Of a stretch of DNA of 64,000 nt, positions 1 through 12,350 are shown in pieces. Under the pieces are notes generated by a model. It was not told the origin of the DNA. It ran no database searches and saw only the letters and a program-made list of their open reading frames with translations. The translations under genes were made by a program, and so were the position numbers. Source of the DNA: Bispira polyomma (lineage: Eukaryota); NCBI GenBank assembly GCA_965649765.1, contig OZ287748.1:106206001-106270000 (forward strand). Reading direction: 5' to 3'. Each line of letters begins with the position of its first letter. Position 1 is the stretch's first letter.

Positions 1-143
1 TTCAACACAGTCCCTCAGGTAGCTTTGACAGGCGGTGGTACATTGCCAGTACTTGTTACAGTCATAGGCGTAAGGATGCAGGTCCTCCACACATTCTCCG
101 GGACCGGCAGAGTCACAGGTAAACTCCTGACTCCAGGACTGGC
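1..143 (-). CDS. Exon 2 (partial, runs off window) of secreted ChtBD2/peritrophin-A protein, paralog A
   Basis: Acceptor tttacAG at 145-144, phase 1. Translates (G)QSWSQEFTCDSAGPGECVEDLHPYAYDCNKYWQCTTACQSYLRDCVE, with the P-x-x-x-D-C-x-K-Y/F-W-x-C core. Aligns residue-for-residue with exon 17029-17229. Not in the ORF track. Confidence 0.85.
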
Positions 144-779
144 CTGTAAAGTTTGTTATACAAGTCAGTCAAATAACGTTTATAGTTAGGGTAAGAACAC
201 TTATGCTTAAGGCACATCTACCTGTACGAATGTGGCCACCCAGATACCTTGCTGGTTGGCCAGGACATTGATAAGAAAATGAGGTAATTTTTGCCTTGAA
301 TTGTTAGAAATGATGCTACATTTACATAAAGCAAGGTAGGGAAATATATGCGATGTTCATTGAATGCATGACGACGAAAGCGTTAATTTTGGACAGCATC
401 TTGGCTCTATGGGACACCTTAGATACAGACAGATCAAAACAGTTGCAAAACATTGTACATTTCATTATTGGGCCCGTAGGTGGTCGTAGCATTATGCATG
501 CTATAAAGACATTTTCTAACAAGATGCAATGTTTGTAGATGCTGCCGTTACATAGAATATAATGGGTGTGTCGTTGATATGTTACCAACTAAAAGGACAC
601 TTGGTAAAGCACATATTATTATTTTGTTTTTATAATTTACCTGATTCCCCCATTTAAAACACAAAACTGAGCCATCAGCTGAGTAAAGAGTTGTAAAACT
701 CATACTGTGGTTTTAACCAGATGTCACATCTCTCATACCTTTACATTCATAGTTTGCTCATAAATACATCAAAATGGCG

Positions 780-1600
780 ACTATTTTTATTTTATCTTAC
801 AAAAGGTTACACAATTACTGCACTGATATAATACGAAATTACAAATTACGGTTCATACGTTATGCAATATAGGACCACACTTATCATGATCAACTTTGAA
901 CTTTTTCCATTTCTCTCTAATGGAACTTTTTCTAATTTAGTATGGTGACATATAATTCTAATAACACATTCTACTTGCAGACAACTTTCTGAACATTATA
1001 TTTTATATACATATTTTTTGTACTATATTTATAACATGGTTTACAAGCAATGCAAATTTAATTGATATATATCCCAGTAAAACTTGTTGGCTGTTATATC
1101 TGCTATATACCGTAAACAGCTTTTTAATTTCTTTAATATTTTAGTGATAATTTAGAATTTCTAAGTTAACAAGTTCAACGCTGAAACATATATCAAGAAC
1201 AACAAATGTCTTCACCCACATTAAACTTAAGTTTTCACAGATACCATCTTTCATATTATTTCTCCTCCCTAGTCATACTGCTTGCATTTTCTCTAGATTT
1301 ATTAAAAGACCAGAACACAATGAAAAATCATTTAAGATGTCTATGCTTAAAATTAAAGATTCTCTAGAACCATCTAACAATAGGAAAGTATTATCCGCAT
1401 ACTGAGCTATTTTAATAGGTTCATTCTCCATTGGAATACCATTTATGTTTGACCTCTGCTTTATTGTCATCACAAGAGGCTCTATTGTAAGTAAAAAGAT
1501 ATAAACACTGAGAGGGTCATCTGGTCTACACGACCTGTGTAGTTTATAAAAATGGAAAAATGTCCATTGTTTATAACACAACTACAAGAGTTTTTTATAA
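780..1600 (-). mobile_element. Degraded L1/Tx1-clade LINE reverse transcriptase fragment and 3' end
   Basis: ORF 1273-1581: RSCRPDDPLSVYIFLLTIEPL...KIAQYADNTFLLLDG...FSLCSGLLINLEK matches the RQGDPLSPYLF / QYADD / SGLKIN motifs of L1-Tx1 RTs. Confidence 0.8.
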
Positions 1601-1799
1601 ATTATACTGAACCACCTTATATAATCATTGCTAAAGATATATTTCATCAAGGCCCCATTAAAATAGTTCCACTCCAAATCAAACCACAACTGCTTGTGGC
1701 ATGGTAGACTATGTATATTATCTCTGATCCCCAGTCTATCTTAACGTTTACTGCATTTATCTCATCTATAAAACAATTATTTTTATTAATTATTAATTA

Positions 1800-2640
1800 T
1801 TGTTATTAATATACAAAATTTATATAGCGCTTTATATATATTACTCTTAATTGCTTTACAGATTAATGGTTAACATATGTTGAATTGATTGCTTTTACAG
1901 GATGATTTAACAATAGGTGAGTCTAAAAAGATGTTTTGAGGGTGGTGTTTGGCAGACCATGCAGCAGCACATTGCCATAATCTAATCGTAATATTAGGTT
2001 GAACAATATAAGTGAACAATGGTTTTACAGACATCATCACATAAGTAATGACGAATGCGACTAATGTTTCGTATGTGGTAGTGACAGGCTTTGGTAACAA
2101 GGCTCACATGTTTCTGCATGGATAAGGTCTGATCCAGGATAACACAAAGATTCCTAACCTCGGGCTTAGCAATGACAGTTGCATCCCAAATAGTGACTGC
2201 GATATCTTGACATCTGTACTTTTGTGGAGAAAATGATCAATTCTGTTTTATAATTATTCAATTTAGCATATTGAGAGTTATCCAGGACTTAACCTCATCC
2301 ACAAATTTTTCTATCCTAGAGACAATACCTCCCAATTGTCTGTTGATGGTTTTAGTGCCATATATATTTGGATATCATCTGCATATATGTGGTACATAAG
2401 TCTATGTCGGTGTATGATGTCTCTAACTGGCTTAGTATGCATACAGTAAGATTTGGGTGAAAGCACAGAACCTTGTGGTACACCAAAATCAAATACTTGA
2501 TCTTTTGATGCAGCATCACTGATGGTTACGCACTGGGTCCTATTCGTGAGGTACAACTTATACCACTCCAGAGCCTGGCCAGTAATTCTGAAAGTATGTT
2601 TGAACCATGCAAGTAAAATACTATGATCTCTTGTTTTAAA
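1800..2640 (-). mobile_element. Degraded L2/CR1-group LINE RT fragment
   Basis: ORF 2311-2556: YLTNRTQCVTI...FGVPQGSVLSP...HIYADDIQIY (GVPQGS and YADD motifs). AAT-rich tail near 1800. Confidence 0.85.
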
Positions 2641-3978
2641 TGAATGGAGATGTTCAGTTTTTTATCCAGCGAAATAGATTATATCTCTTTTTACTATCGG
2701 CTAGCCCCCTGACATTCATACATCCAATTTTAATGAATCAAAACAAGTGGTATTATGTGTAGTCCATATGTGGTGTCCTCATATATTTCTTTTTATTATG
2801 TCATAATAACTTGTAATTTTTATATTCATGCATGTGTGTGTTTGTATGTATAGTTATGTTAAGGTTGAAAGTTTCAATCGTTCATATATATTTTTCACTG
2901 CACTGAAATAAAACAGTATGAAAGTTTAGAAAGGGTAACACTGGAGGCGTAGGGATCCAGTGTGTATGTGTATAGTTTCTCAGAATAGTTTATTTCACAA
3001 GTATTGTGCCACTGTATGTACATTGTATAATGAACAATTGATAGTATCTCATGGTAGTGACTTTTTGGGATGTAATGGCTTGTTTTTTTGTATTACTATA
3101 ATTTAATGAATAACAATTACCATATAGTAGAAGTTTACTTATTTGGCTGCCTGGACTATCTGGCTACCACTTATTTTTTATTATAGCAATACCAAAATGT
3201 TAGTGTATAAAAATATGAACTTTTACCAGTGAAAATCAATAACTATGGAATAACTAATATGAATTATACAAGAAAGTCTGAGCATCTTGAATGCTTTGTT
3301 TTTAGATGACTTTTGTTCTGAAGATTTAGTCAAAAAATCGTACATACATTCTTACTTAATTTTAGTCAAACTAATACAATCTAGACTATGAAAGTTAATC
3401 AATCTTCAACAATTTTACGTTGAAATACATCTTTTGATTATGCTATAAATGTTGCAAATAAACTTCATGAGGTTGTGACATTTTGTTTCTTGGTCATTTG
3501 ATTACCATAATAAGTAATAATCACTCCACTCTAATGACAAAACAAGTTAAATCTGTTTCACACGGATAGTCAAAATCCTGACCAAGATAAAAAACCTCCA
3601 CTCCCGCTACATGCTAAAAAATATTAGCTACAGATATGTAATATTCAGACTGATCATTTCTCTTAATATTTAGCAAGAGTCAAAAGTTTTTAGACGATTA
3701 ATTACTCAAAACATTTTTACTTAAAATTTAAAAAAGATTCAACAAGCTTGAAAAAGTTTAAAAGTTGATGACACAAAGTGTGACGATGTGTGTAGTCAGT
3801 CTCAATAACCTTATTGACAAACAAAACCAAAAAAACACTTGTTTAAAGTTTGTCTCTAACTAGTGAAAAAACCAAAACAATAACAACCTATGTTCAAAGT
3901 TGGTCTCGAACTTTCATAAGTGTGACTCCAAGTAAGTTGTTTCCCTTGTATTCCCTAGTTTGAATCTCAATGCAGTTC

Positions 3979-4040
3979 CACCCCCACCCCCCTCCACCCC
4001 ACCCCCCCACCCCCCACCCCGCCCCACACACACACACAGT
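3979..4040. repeat. C-rich (CCCCA-type) and (CA)n simple repeat
   Basis: cacccccacccccctccaccccaccccccc...cacacacacaca read directly. Confidence 0.9.
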
Positions 4041-4420
4041 CATGAGCATTACACTCTACAAACATCTTGTGTCCTGTTGCATTTAATAGGTTCTGAAGTT
4101 TTTTTATTTTGTTCAAACTTACATTTCAGTCCTTGGAACATGGCTGCAGCAGATATATCATCCTTCTAAAGTGCGCTGTCTAAGTTATCTTCAATGTGTT
4201 TCGCCTCCACTGGGCCGTCTGTATTTAAGATTTCAAATGCTGTTTGTTCCTTTCCAAGAAAGATAGCTTTTCGATACTGGTAAATCTACTCAACACAATG
4301 ATACTGTTGACCTTCTATTACCAAATTACGGGGGTAGAAGTTACTGTTAATCTTGTAACGTGAATCCCTTTCCCCTGTAAATGAGCTTGTCCCTTTGAAG
4401 AAACACTTTTGGTCAAGCAC
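4030..4420 (-). pseudogene. NADAR (YbiA-like) domain relic, probably mobile-element derived
   Basis: Manual translation: SNFYPRNLVIEGQQYHCVE*IYQYRKAIFLGKEQTAFEILNTDGPVEAKHIEDNLDSAL*KDDISAAAMFQGLKCKFEQNKK/LQNLLNATGHKMFVECNAHDCV. This carries the NADAR motifs SNFYP, E..YQ..KA, KF.QN..L...L..TG and VE....D..WG. Two stops and one frameshift. Confidence 0.8.
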
Positions 4421-4869
4421 ATTGTCGACGATTTTCAATGTTATGTGTGTTGAGGTTGTCTGAAATTTGTTGTGACACAGTTTTCTCGATGAGTTTTAAG
4501 ATAAAGCTGAGATTTAAGACTGCTCTGTAGTTTGTGAGCTGTTGTTTTATCGTACCTTATAATCTAAATTTGGTGGATTCTTCCTTGACCCGAGCCCCAT
4601 GGCTCCACTAAATTTGTTATAAATCTGTACTTATTGTGTAATTCTAGTAAAAAACAAACCAACTAATCAGTGGACATGGGTGAAAATACACCCTCCCTGG
4701 CAGAGGTAATTGTCTACATATATACGATGTGGGTACATAGAATTTAGGTCAACTCTATGCATCATTGTAATTGAGACAGTCGACAAGCATCAATCTCTTA
4801 ACTAATCGTTACATCTTTAATGTCAATAGTTATGGATTTAACGGATAATATAAGTTTCTTGCTACTCAC

Positions 4870-4909
4870 CAATCAAACTTAGAAGCAGGTAAATCCATGT
4901 GTGTGCCAT
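4870..4909 (-). CDS. Exon 1 (signal peptide) of ChtBD2 paralog A
   Basis: ATG at 4909-4907, MAHTWIYLLLSLI + G, then donor GTGAGT (4869-4864). 40 nt, phase 1. Joins exon 1-143 to give MAHTWIYLLLSLIGQSWS|QEF. Same length and phase as paralog exon 19505-19544. Confidence 0.8.
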
Positions 4910-6711
4910 CTCAGTTGTCTGATTGTAAACTGACTGGAATGTATTCTGCACACAAACACACAGACTCACAGCTGGCCTGTTGTTTTATCTTCTCAGGTCA
5001 AATTTATGAAATCATTAAAAAAGTTTGTAATTTTTGTGTTAATTTTTTTAATAACAGGCCACAGAATTTAGTGATAATAGATAATGGCTACTGTGAAAAT
5101 TGTTAACAAAACAATCAATTAACAACAAATGGCATATTTTTAAGCGTTTAACATCGATGACTTAGTAAATTTTAAGTGTGACATCATTGGACCACTGCAA
5201 TAGCTGATAAGATCAACTAAAAATATTTAGATGTACATGTATAGAAAGAATGTGTGTTTCCAAAAAAAGTTAAAATTTTAATAATTGTGTAGGGACAAAA
5301 TACCCAAGCCAAAAGTTGAGCTAATAGGGCTGATGTTGAATATTGAAAATACAAATCTGACATAATAATAAACACATTGTTTATTGCATAAAAATCATCA
5401 TTCAATAGATGTTATCGGTTACAACGGGACTCTAATCACAAACCTTTTCCTTCTATCAGACTAATCACCTCCTATCTTGATTAGGATTTGTATTAACATA
5501 AATGAGAACTTATATTTATTTACTCTACAGTCATTCTTTTCCATGTGTGTTTTGTTTAAACTCTTGATATCATAATAGTTATACTGAGGTTTTTCCTTAT
5601 AAAGTAGTCAGGAAACAATACATTAGAAAAAGACTGAGTCTAGGGGGAAAAGTGTATGTATAATGCGCTTGACAATTCTAATTGTCGCGTAAATACGTTA
5701 ATCTGACAAGGGAAGAAATGACAATTGTAATTTTTTGATTGAATGCATTGTGAATGGTCTGACAATGAACAAAAATGTGTGGCAAGGGGCGGCGATTTTT
5801 GGTTCTACACCAAAGACAATCTATTATTTAATGCAACACTAGGCTCTGTGAACGAATGCCACAATCTGAACATCCTCAAGTAACAACACATCAGCAGGAC
5901 AGCTATGTAGGTATTTGCAATTCGAGATGTTGGTTTCGACCAGCTCCCAGGTGCACAATCAACACCACACACACATTCATCGACCAGGTTATTGTGACCT
6001 GGTACGATTGGCCCCACAAAACCAATAGTTAAACACTCTTCAGCACATGCTACCAGAATGACACAAAATCACTGGCGGATGTGGGTGTTGTGGTGGTGAC
6101 ATTTGTCCCACACACTATTAAATTGCCAATAGATCTTTTTCAATTCATTAAAGCCACCATGTTTAAACGAGGTACCTTTTTAAAAGAGGTAATCATAGGT
6201 TATGCCATTAAAAAATAAGGGGTGTTGGAAAACTGATTTAAATTGACCAGACATTGCTCAAATCTTGGGGAAATGTTTGCCCAACAAGAAAGCATTAAGG
6301 CTGGTTCACAATGAACAAGACTGACACATTTTTGTTGAACAGGATAGTATAAATAATTTTATTGACATAAACAATTTATAGGTTTCATGTTATATCTTTG
6401 AAGTTAGAGTCTGTTGTATATATGAAGTCCAGTAAATCCTAAAAGCATCAGTCTGAAAACCTTTTTGCCAATTGCATATTTACTTCAAATTAGACAACAG
6501 CCAAATTAAGCAGCTTATTAACATACATATGACCAATATTGTTTTATTAAGATGATTTTGTCTATTGTTGAGCTATTCTATACATCACTCCAGTCAGTAA
6601 GGAAACAACACAGAAATGTCAAATTCCTAGGTATCCTACATTTTTCTTAAAACTGATAAGTGTTTCTAGTGATCTGAGCTCAACTGGGAGACTGTTGGTG
6701 GGTTTAACAGG

Positions 6712-6969
6712 AATTGGAATTTCGATATTTAACGTCCACTCTAGTACCTGTTTAGGTTATATTAGGACAAGTAGTTGAAAACGCTGGAAGAAACACTGCA
6801 TACAGTTGATCAAGATTCTGCACTGCAACCAGTGGCCCACAGTAAGGAACTACCACCTTTTCCACATAGGCATCAACGGAAGTCAACCCACGACAGCTGA
6901 TCCTAGAGGTGAGAGACAAGTGATTGTGAAGCCCAATGCTTGCTAACCACTAGGTCACCGTTGTCCCCC
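6712..6969 (-). mobile_element. tRNA-headed SINE (family also at 50482-50710 and 63077-63298)
   Basis: Closely similar to the other two copies (ccactctagtacc...cagtaaggaa.taccacctt.cccacataggcatc...gtgattgtgaagc.caatgcttgctaaccactagg). Pol III A-box-like head on the minus strand. Confidence 0.85.
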
Positions 6970-8480
6970 TAACAGAAAGTCTATTACCTATCTTTAGGTC
7001 ACTGAAAGAAGAAGAGAAGCAAGGGATGTTGAGTGACTTTAAAGTGGTGACATTGATATTGAAATAATTTTATAGTGAATGGAAGGCCAGTGTAGTTTTT
7101 GAGGTATGAAATGACATTGGAAAAAATACCCTGCATAGATCGTTTTAAATGGATTGCAGCTTTTAATATATGACTTATTAACCCTAAATGAATGGGTATT
7201 GCAGAAGTCAAGGCGAATTCTTACAAGGTCATTAGCTACAGTTAGCATACCTTCGGTGTTTGATATTGTGATTTTTAATAGCAGTAGTAAAGGAATGTGT
7301 ATCCAGGGCAAAAAGTGGAGGCATGAAAACGGACCCCTGGGATACTCCATATGTTAAAAAGTTAAAAAAGATGAGAATTGATCATCTAATTAATTTGTTG
7401 TGCTCTAGGAGTGAAATAGGATCTGATCCAATCAAGAACAATCAAGTGCTATTAAGTCCATACCATTGATTGAGTGTGTCAAATCGTAAGCCGTGGTCAA
7501 TGGTGTCAAAGTCTGCTGAGCGATATAGAAGGGTGCCAAATTGATGAGAACATTCTCTGATATCAAAAAAAACAAAGGTCCAGGGGCAAGCAAATGGTCG
7601 TTACCAAAAAGCATCCTCCAGGAAAGAATGACCAAGGAGGAGCGCAGGCTAGTCTGAAAGGGTAAGTTTTGAGATGGCTTCTGAGACCAGTGATTGTATC
7701 CTGTGTTCTGACAGAAATTGCAATAGTCTCAGTGACTACTAATCATGGCATTTGCCTCCTGGACCGCAGTTTTAAGACTGAAATACCTGCATATTCTGCT
7801 CAGGTCATTTAGATGGCTTAACAGGCCCGGCAGACACTGGCTACATGACTACATGACTACTGTATGAATTGTCTTGGTCAAAGCAGGTATAACACCATCA
7901 TTCTTTAATTGGCTTCCTGGAGACACATTTTTGTCAAGGGGAATGATTGGGAAGAACGGTTTCAAACTGTCTTGAGTAGTATCATCACCTATAGTGATAT
8001 GTTTAGTGATAAGTACATTATTTTTACATCCCCATTACTTGCAGAAATGGTATGTAATACCAACTAACCCACATAGATAATATAAAACACATTTAAACGT
8101 GTTTAAAGGGTGCACACATTCTGGTTTTTTGATACTATTGGTGGAGGTGGTAATTTGACAGGGTTACAAAGTTAATGAGGGTCATAGATCTTTAAAAAGT
8201 GACCACTTTACTCACTTGAAAAAGGTCTATTGACCTTTGTGAATGAAAATCTTTCTTTTGTCAATAAAGCTTGGTTTGAACAAAATTGCCTCGCTTGTTT
8301 TCCAATTGGAATATGTTAAAATTATTAATTTGATACAAATGTTATCTTAAATGTTATTAAATAAAATTTTAATGAAAAGGTGTTTATTGTGATTGTCAGT
8401 CTTATTCATGGATGACCAGGGTCATATACCGATATTAAAAGTAAAGTTATGGGTTTATAGTCAATGTAGCTGACATTGGA

Positions 8481-8695
8481 GGGGCTGCAGTGGCCTAGGG
8501 TTAGAAGCACCTCTTTCACAATCACTGGTCTCTCATCAATGTGGGTTCGAATTCAATTAATTTCTCCATGTGGGAAAGTTTGTCAGGTATGGCTGCAGGT
8601 CGGTGGTTTACAGTGTCTGCATTGGTTTCTTCCAGCATTGAATCTGGCTATTTAATATGACCTAAACTGTTGAAAACTGTTGTAAATTCAAATTC
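8481..8695 (+). mobile_element. tRNA-headed SINE, related subfamily
   Basis: ggggctgcagTGGCCTAGGGTTAG (A-box-like) ... GGTTCGAATTC (B-box). Core tgtgggaaagtttgtcag...ggtcggtggttt is shared with the other SINEs. Confidence 0.75.
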
Positions 8696-8833
8696 ACAGT
8701 ACTGAGTGACAGTAAAGCCAGTTAAAATAAAAACTTCAAATTTCGACTTTAAGTGATATATTTAACCTTGCTTTACAATGATAATTGTAATTCTAAATAT
8801 TTATGCTGTCAACAGGTTAAATATTTAGGATCC

Positions 8834-9377
8834 TTATTCAGTGGAGTAGAGCTGTATTCCCAGGAAGTAGGTCAGCTTAGCTACACTGTCACCGACAAAG
8901 CTCGTCCTGGATTCGGCCTCAATCTTTAGCTGATCTCCAGCTGCAAAGGCCTGAATGTAGCCACGTGACATGCTGTCTACTCCAGTCTGGTAGCCATTTA
9001 CCCGGATGATATTAGCCAGGTGGTTTACATCATTGAGCACGAGTGTCAGTTCTACAGGTTGTTCACTCATGGCACCTGCCCCAAAGTGGATGTAGTAGAA
9101 ACCAGCAGAGTTGATGGTCACTATATAGGTATCTCTGTCATACAGGCCCCCTGCATTGATTAAAATGTCATCAAAGTCGACTGGTGAGAGTACACCTTCT
9201 AGAACACCACCGTCCCAGGAAGATGACCTGCTCACAAACCAAGCTTGAGGTGTAAGGAAGCGGGGCTGGACCAGGAAACCAGAGAATGAGGTCTGAAGCA
9301 AGCTGTCACTGGTGAGGGACCCACTGGTGAGGTAGTACTGGACTGCATCTCCCTGATTGAGGTTTAGTATCATGGAT
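8834..9377 (-). CDS. Exon 5 (last) of ChtBD2-3xC1q gene: end of C1q domain 2 and all of C1q domain 3
   Basis: Acceptor tctttAG 9379-9378, phase 2. AG|A restores ...DTLSR-SMILNLNQGDAVQ...QTSFSGFLV, then AWFVSR...VDFDDILINAGGLYD...AGFYYIHF...GDQLKI...TYFLGIQLY* (C1q motifs). Confidence 0.9.
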
Positions 9378-9674
9378 CTAAAGATAATGAAACACTTAAT
9401 ATCTGTGTTATATCAAGGAATCAAAGGTGGGCATCCATAAAAAAACCTAAAACAAGGAGGAGAAATTATATTTGAATTTAATTGATTCTAAATTTGCAAT
9501 AGAAATACAGTGATTAAACCATTTACTGTTATATCTAAGTCAAGTATCTAAATAGTTTTTTTTACAACCAATAGTCAAGTACAAATGCGTTATTTAGTAT
9601 TACGGTTTTTAAAGCTTATACTTTATGACGTGTCTGTGACTGTTCTGAATTCACGGTGTACAACTTATTAGTTG

Positions 9675-10300
9675 GTAGCAGACTGGACTACTGCAATTCA
9701 CTGTAAATTTTAAAAAAAAGACCTAAACAAATTGCAATGCATCCAGAACTCATTGGCACGTCTGGTCAGTTGTTCTGCACGGCTTTCAAATGCTTCACCG
9801 ATTCTGAAGTCACTCCACTGGCTCCCTGTTAGGTATTGGTGTGTTTTTAAAACTGCTACAACTGTATATAAGTTTCTCGATTCAGGTTTGCCTAAATACT
9901 TTGAACCACACTTGAGTTACTACAAGTGTAATGTCAATACCAAAAGAGCCGCTCCCAAATATAATTTCCTTCTTGTTCCAAAATATAAGTCCAAAGTACA
10001 CAGGTCAAAGGGTCACTTTGATAAAAGTTTTGCAAATGATGCCCCCAAACTATGGAATAGTTTACCTCAACACATTAGGACAGCTCTATCCATGTATTCC
10101 TCCGGCGCAGTTTAAAGACCTATCTGTTCAATGATGCATTCCCTCCATAGTCTCTTTCCTGTTCTCAGTGGACGCATTGATGACGACTTCCTTCTGTCTA
10201 TCACCTATAATTTTTGACTCTGGCTGTTTTTTTTTTTTGCGCTTTAGAATTCGTTACAACGAAAATAAGTGCTAAAATAGTCTGATATATTATTATTATT
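9675..10300 (+). mobile_element. L2/CR1-group LINE 3' fragment (intron 4 of C1q gene)
   Basis: SRLDYCNSL and LQCIQNSLARLV...ILKSLHWLPV...FKTATTVYK...APKLWNSLP motifs; (ATT)n tail. Confidence 0.85.
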
Positions 10301-10369
10301 AGGTACCTGTCTCATCTATTCAGTTTACCTTAAACTAACTGGGACAGAGTACTTGCATTATCACTCATT

Positions 10370-10765
10370 ATCATACTGTATAAAATACCAGTATTATCAA
10401 ACATTATTTCACCTGTATAAAATACCTGTATGATGACTCACTATCTCACCTGTATAAAATACCTGTATTATCACTCATTATCTTAACTGTGTAAAATACC
10501 AGTATTATCAGTCACTATCTCACCTGTGTAAAATACCTGTATGATGACGCACTATCTCACCTGTGTAAAATAGTTGTATTATCACTTATTATCTCATCTG
10601 TATAAAATACCTGTATGATGGCACACTATCTCACCTGTGTCAATACCTGTATGATGACTCACTATCTCATCTGTATAAAATATCTGTATGATGACTCATG
10701 ATCTCATCTGTACAAAATACCTGTATGATGACTCATTATCTCATCTGTATAAAATACCTGTATTC
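10370..10765. repeat. 37-bp minisatellite, ~10 copies (tgatgactcactatctcacctgtataaaatacctgta)
   Basis: Tandem unit read directly. One more degenerate unit lies at 11625-11660 on the far side of the LINE. Confidence 0.9.
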
Positions 10766-10766
10766 T

Positions 10767-11622
10767 CAGAGGGAGAAGTTGAAAGCACGGTTTCCAGTTG
10801 ACATCCTGGGTAGCCCTTTCAGCCAAGCTGATTCTGTCAAGAACCTGAGTATATGGTTTGACTCTGACTTTTCCTTTTCTAAACACGTTCAGGGTGTCTG
10901 CAAAAGTTGTTTTGTGCAACTCCGGGACTTTAGACTTGTCAGGCGGTTTCTCACTTATGATGCTTCTATACTTGTGGTCAATGCTTTTGTCAGTAGTAGA
11001 CTGGATTACTGCAATTCACTTTTCAGGAGTCTCTTAAAGTTTAATTTACATAAATTACAATGCATTCAAAATAGTGCAGCTAGAATTGTGTCAAATACCA
11101 GTCGATACACCAGTATAACTCCTGTTCTTAAGAAATTGCATTGGCTCCCTGTTGAACAGCGTTCAGTGTTTAAAACAGCTACACTTGTTTATAAGTTTCT
11201 TCACACTGGTTTTTAAAAGTATTTTGCCCCATATCTTTTCTCTTACAGTAGTTTCTGTCATATCAGGCGCAGTCAGAGTGGTAGCAATTTCTTTGTTGTT
11301 CTAAAGTTCCACCCATCTACTCAAAAGTCAGTTAAACAATTTGGTCACAGCTTTGATTTTGATGCTCCCATTGTTTGGAACGCTCTTCCTGATGTGATTC
11401 ATGCTTCCCCCTCACTAGCCTCTTTTAGAAAGCAGCTTAAAACCCACTTGTACACCAGAGCATACCCACCTTAGTCTCAATCATCCCCCGGCGCGCTCTG
11501 TGGTGCTCGACCCTTTTCTGTCCCTTGATATTGGGAATTGGATTTCTGTCTTTTGTGCTGTTGCGCCTTAGAGTCTCCTTCGTTAAGAGGAGATTAAGTG
11601 CTATAAAAGTCTAATTACTATT
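10767..11622 (+). mobile_element. L2/CR1-group LINE, 5'-truncated, inserted into the 37-bp array
   Basis: VKNLSIWFDSDFSF...LVVNAFVSSRLDYCNSL...LQCIQNSAARIV...LKKLHWLPVEQRSVFKTATLVYK, followed by 3'UTR and short tail. Confidence 0.9.
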
Positions 11623-11677
11623 ACTTACTCACCATCTCAACTGTATAAACCATCTATATTAAAACGCCTAGACTCAC

Positions 11678-12350
11678 CTGCTGAGGGTGTCTGTGTTATC
11701 GTGTACTGTGTGCTGTCTTGTCAGCTGTGCCTGGACAGCACCATTGACCTGAATATCCACATTCAGGGTAGTGCCCCCTACAGCCCCTGCACTCACTGAC
11801 ACCAAATACAGCCCGGCTACTGGTGCAATGTACGAGCTTGTGCTACCCACAAAGTCATCATTCGTGTTCACACCAATAGTATCAAAGTCAACAACGCCCA
11901 CACTGCTAAAGCCAGATGATCTACCAACACTAAAGACGGAGACTGTTTCCATGGAATTGTGTAAGCTGAATCCTCCCCACGATGTCTGCTGTTGGTCATC
12001 GCTATAGTAACCACCTGCTGTCGATGTGACATGGAATGGGTCATCAGTCGTTAGGTTTGCAATCAGGTCCCGACTCACAGTATCTTCTCCGGAGTGAACT
12101 TCTGAGTCCCGCAGGACGTTGGCAAACTGCCCGAGAAGCCCGGGAACCTCAATACGGTAGTTGACACCCGAGTTAGGACGAAGACCAACATTGAGGTTGA
12201 AGAAATAGATTCCCGGGTTTGGTGTCGTAAAAGTGTTTTCATCTGCGTTAAAATCATTGTGTCTGTCACATATAATGGCTTGATAATCCACTGGGTCTTG
12301 ACGAATGACGCGACTGGTAACTCTGGTCACATAGAAGATGGTGGGATCCA
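11678..12350 (-). CDS. Exon 4 of ChtBD2-3xC1q gene: C1q domain 1 and most of domain 2
   Basis: Acceptor ccttccAG 12352-12351 (phase 1), donor GTGAGT 11677-11672 (phase 2). C1q motifs FTTPNPGIYFFNL, QTSWGGFSL, VVDFDTIGVN, YIAPVAGLYLVSV. Confidence 0.9.

Noticed and set aside
3960-4169. Pro-rich plus-strand ORF
   Set aside because: Poly-C repeat translation, antisense to the NADAR relic.
6999-8000. Cluster of short ORFs that may be an old retroelement
   Set aside because: No diagnostic motif could be read with confidence.
8481-8560. tRNA gene candidates at SINE heads (also 63100-63130 and 50630-50700)
   Set aside because: A/B boxes are present but continue into a shared SINE body and tail, with no complete cloverleaf.
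10698-10766. N-terminal extension of the 172-aa ORF as a novel fusion protein
   Set aside because: Chance in-frame join of minisatellite sequence to a truncated LINE RT fragment.
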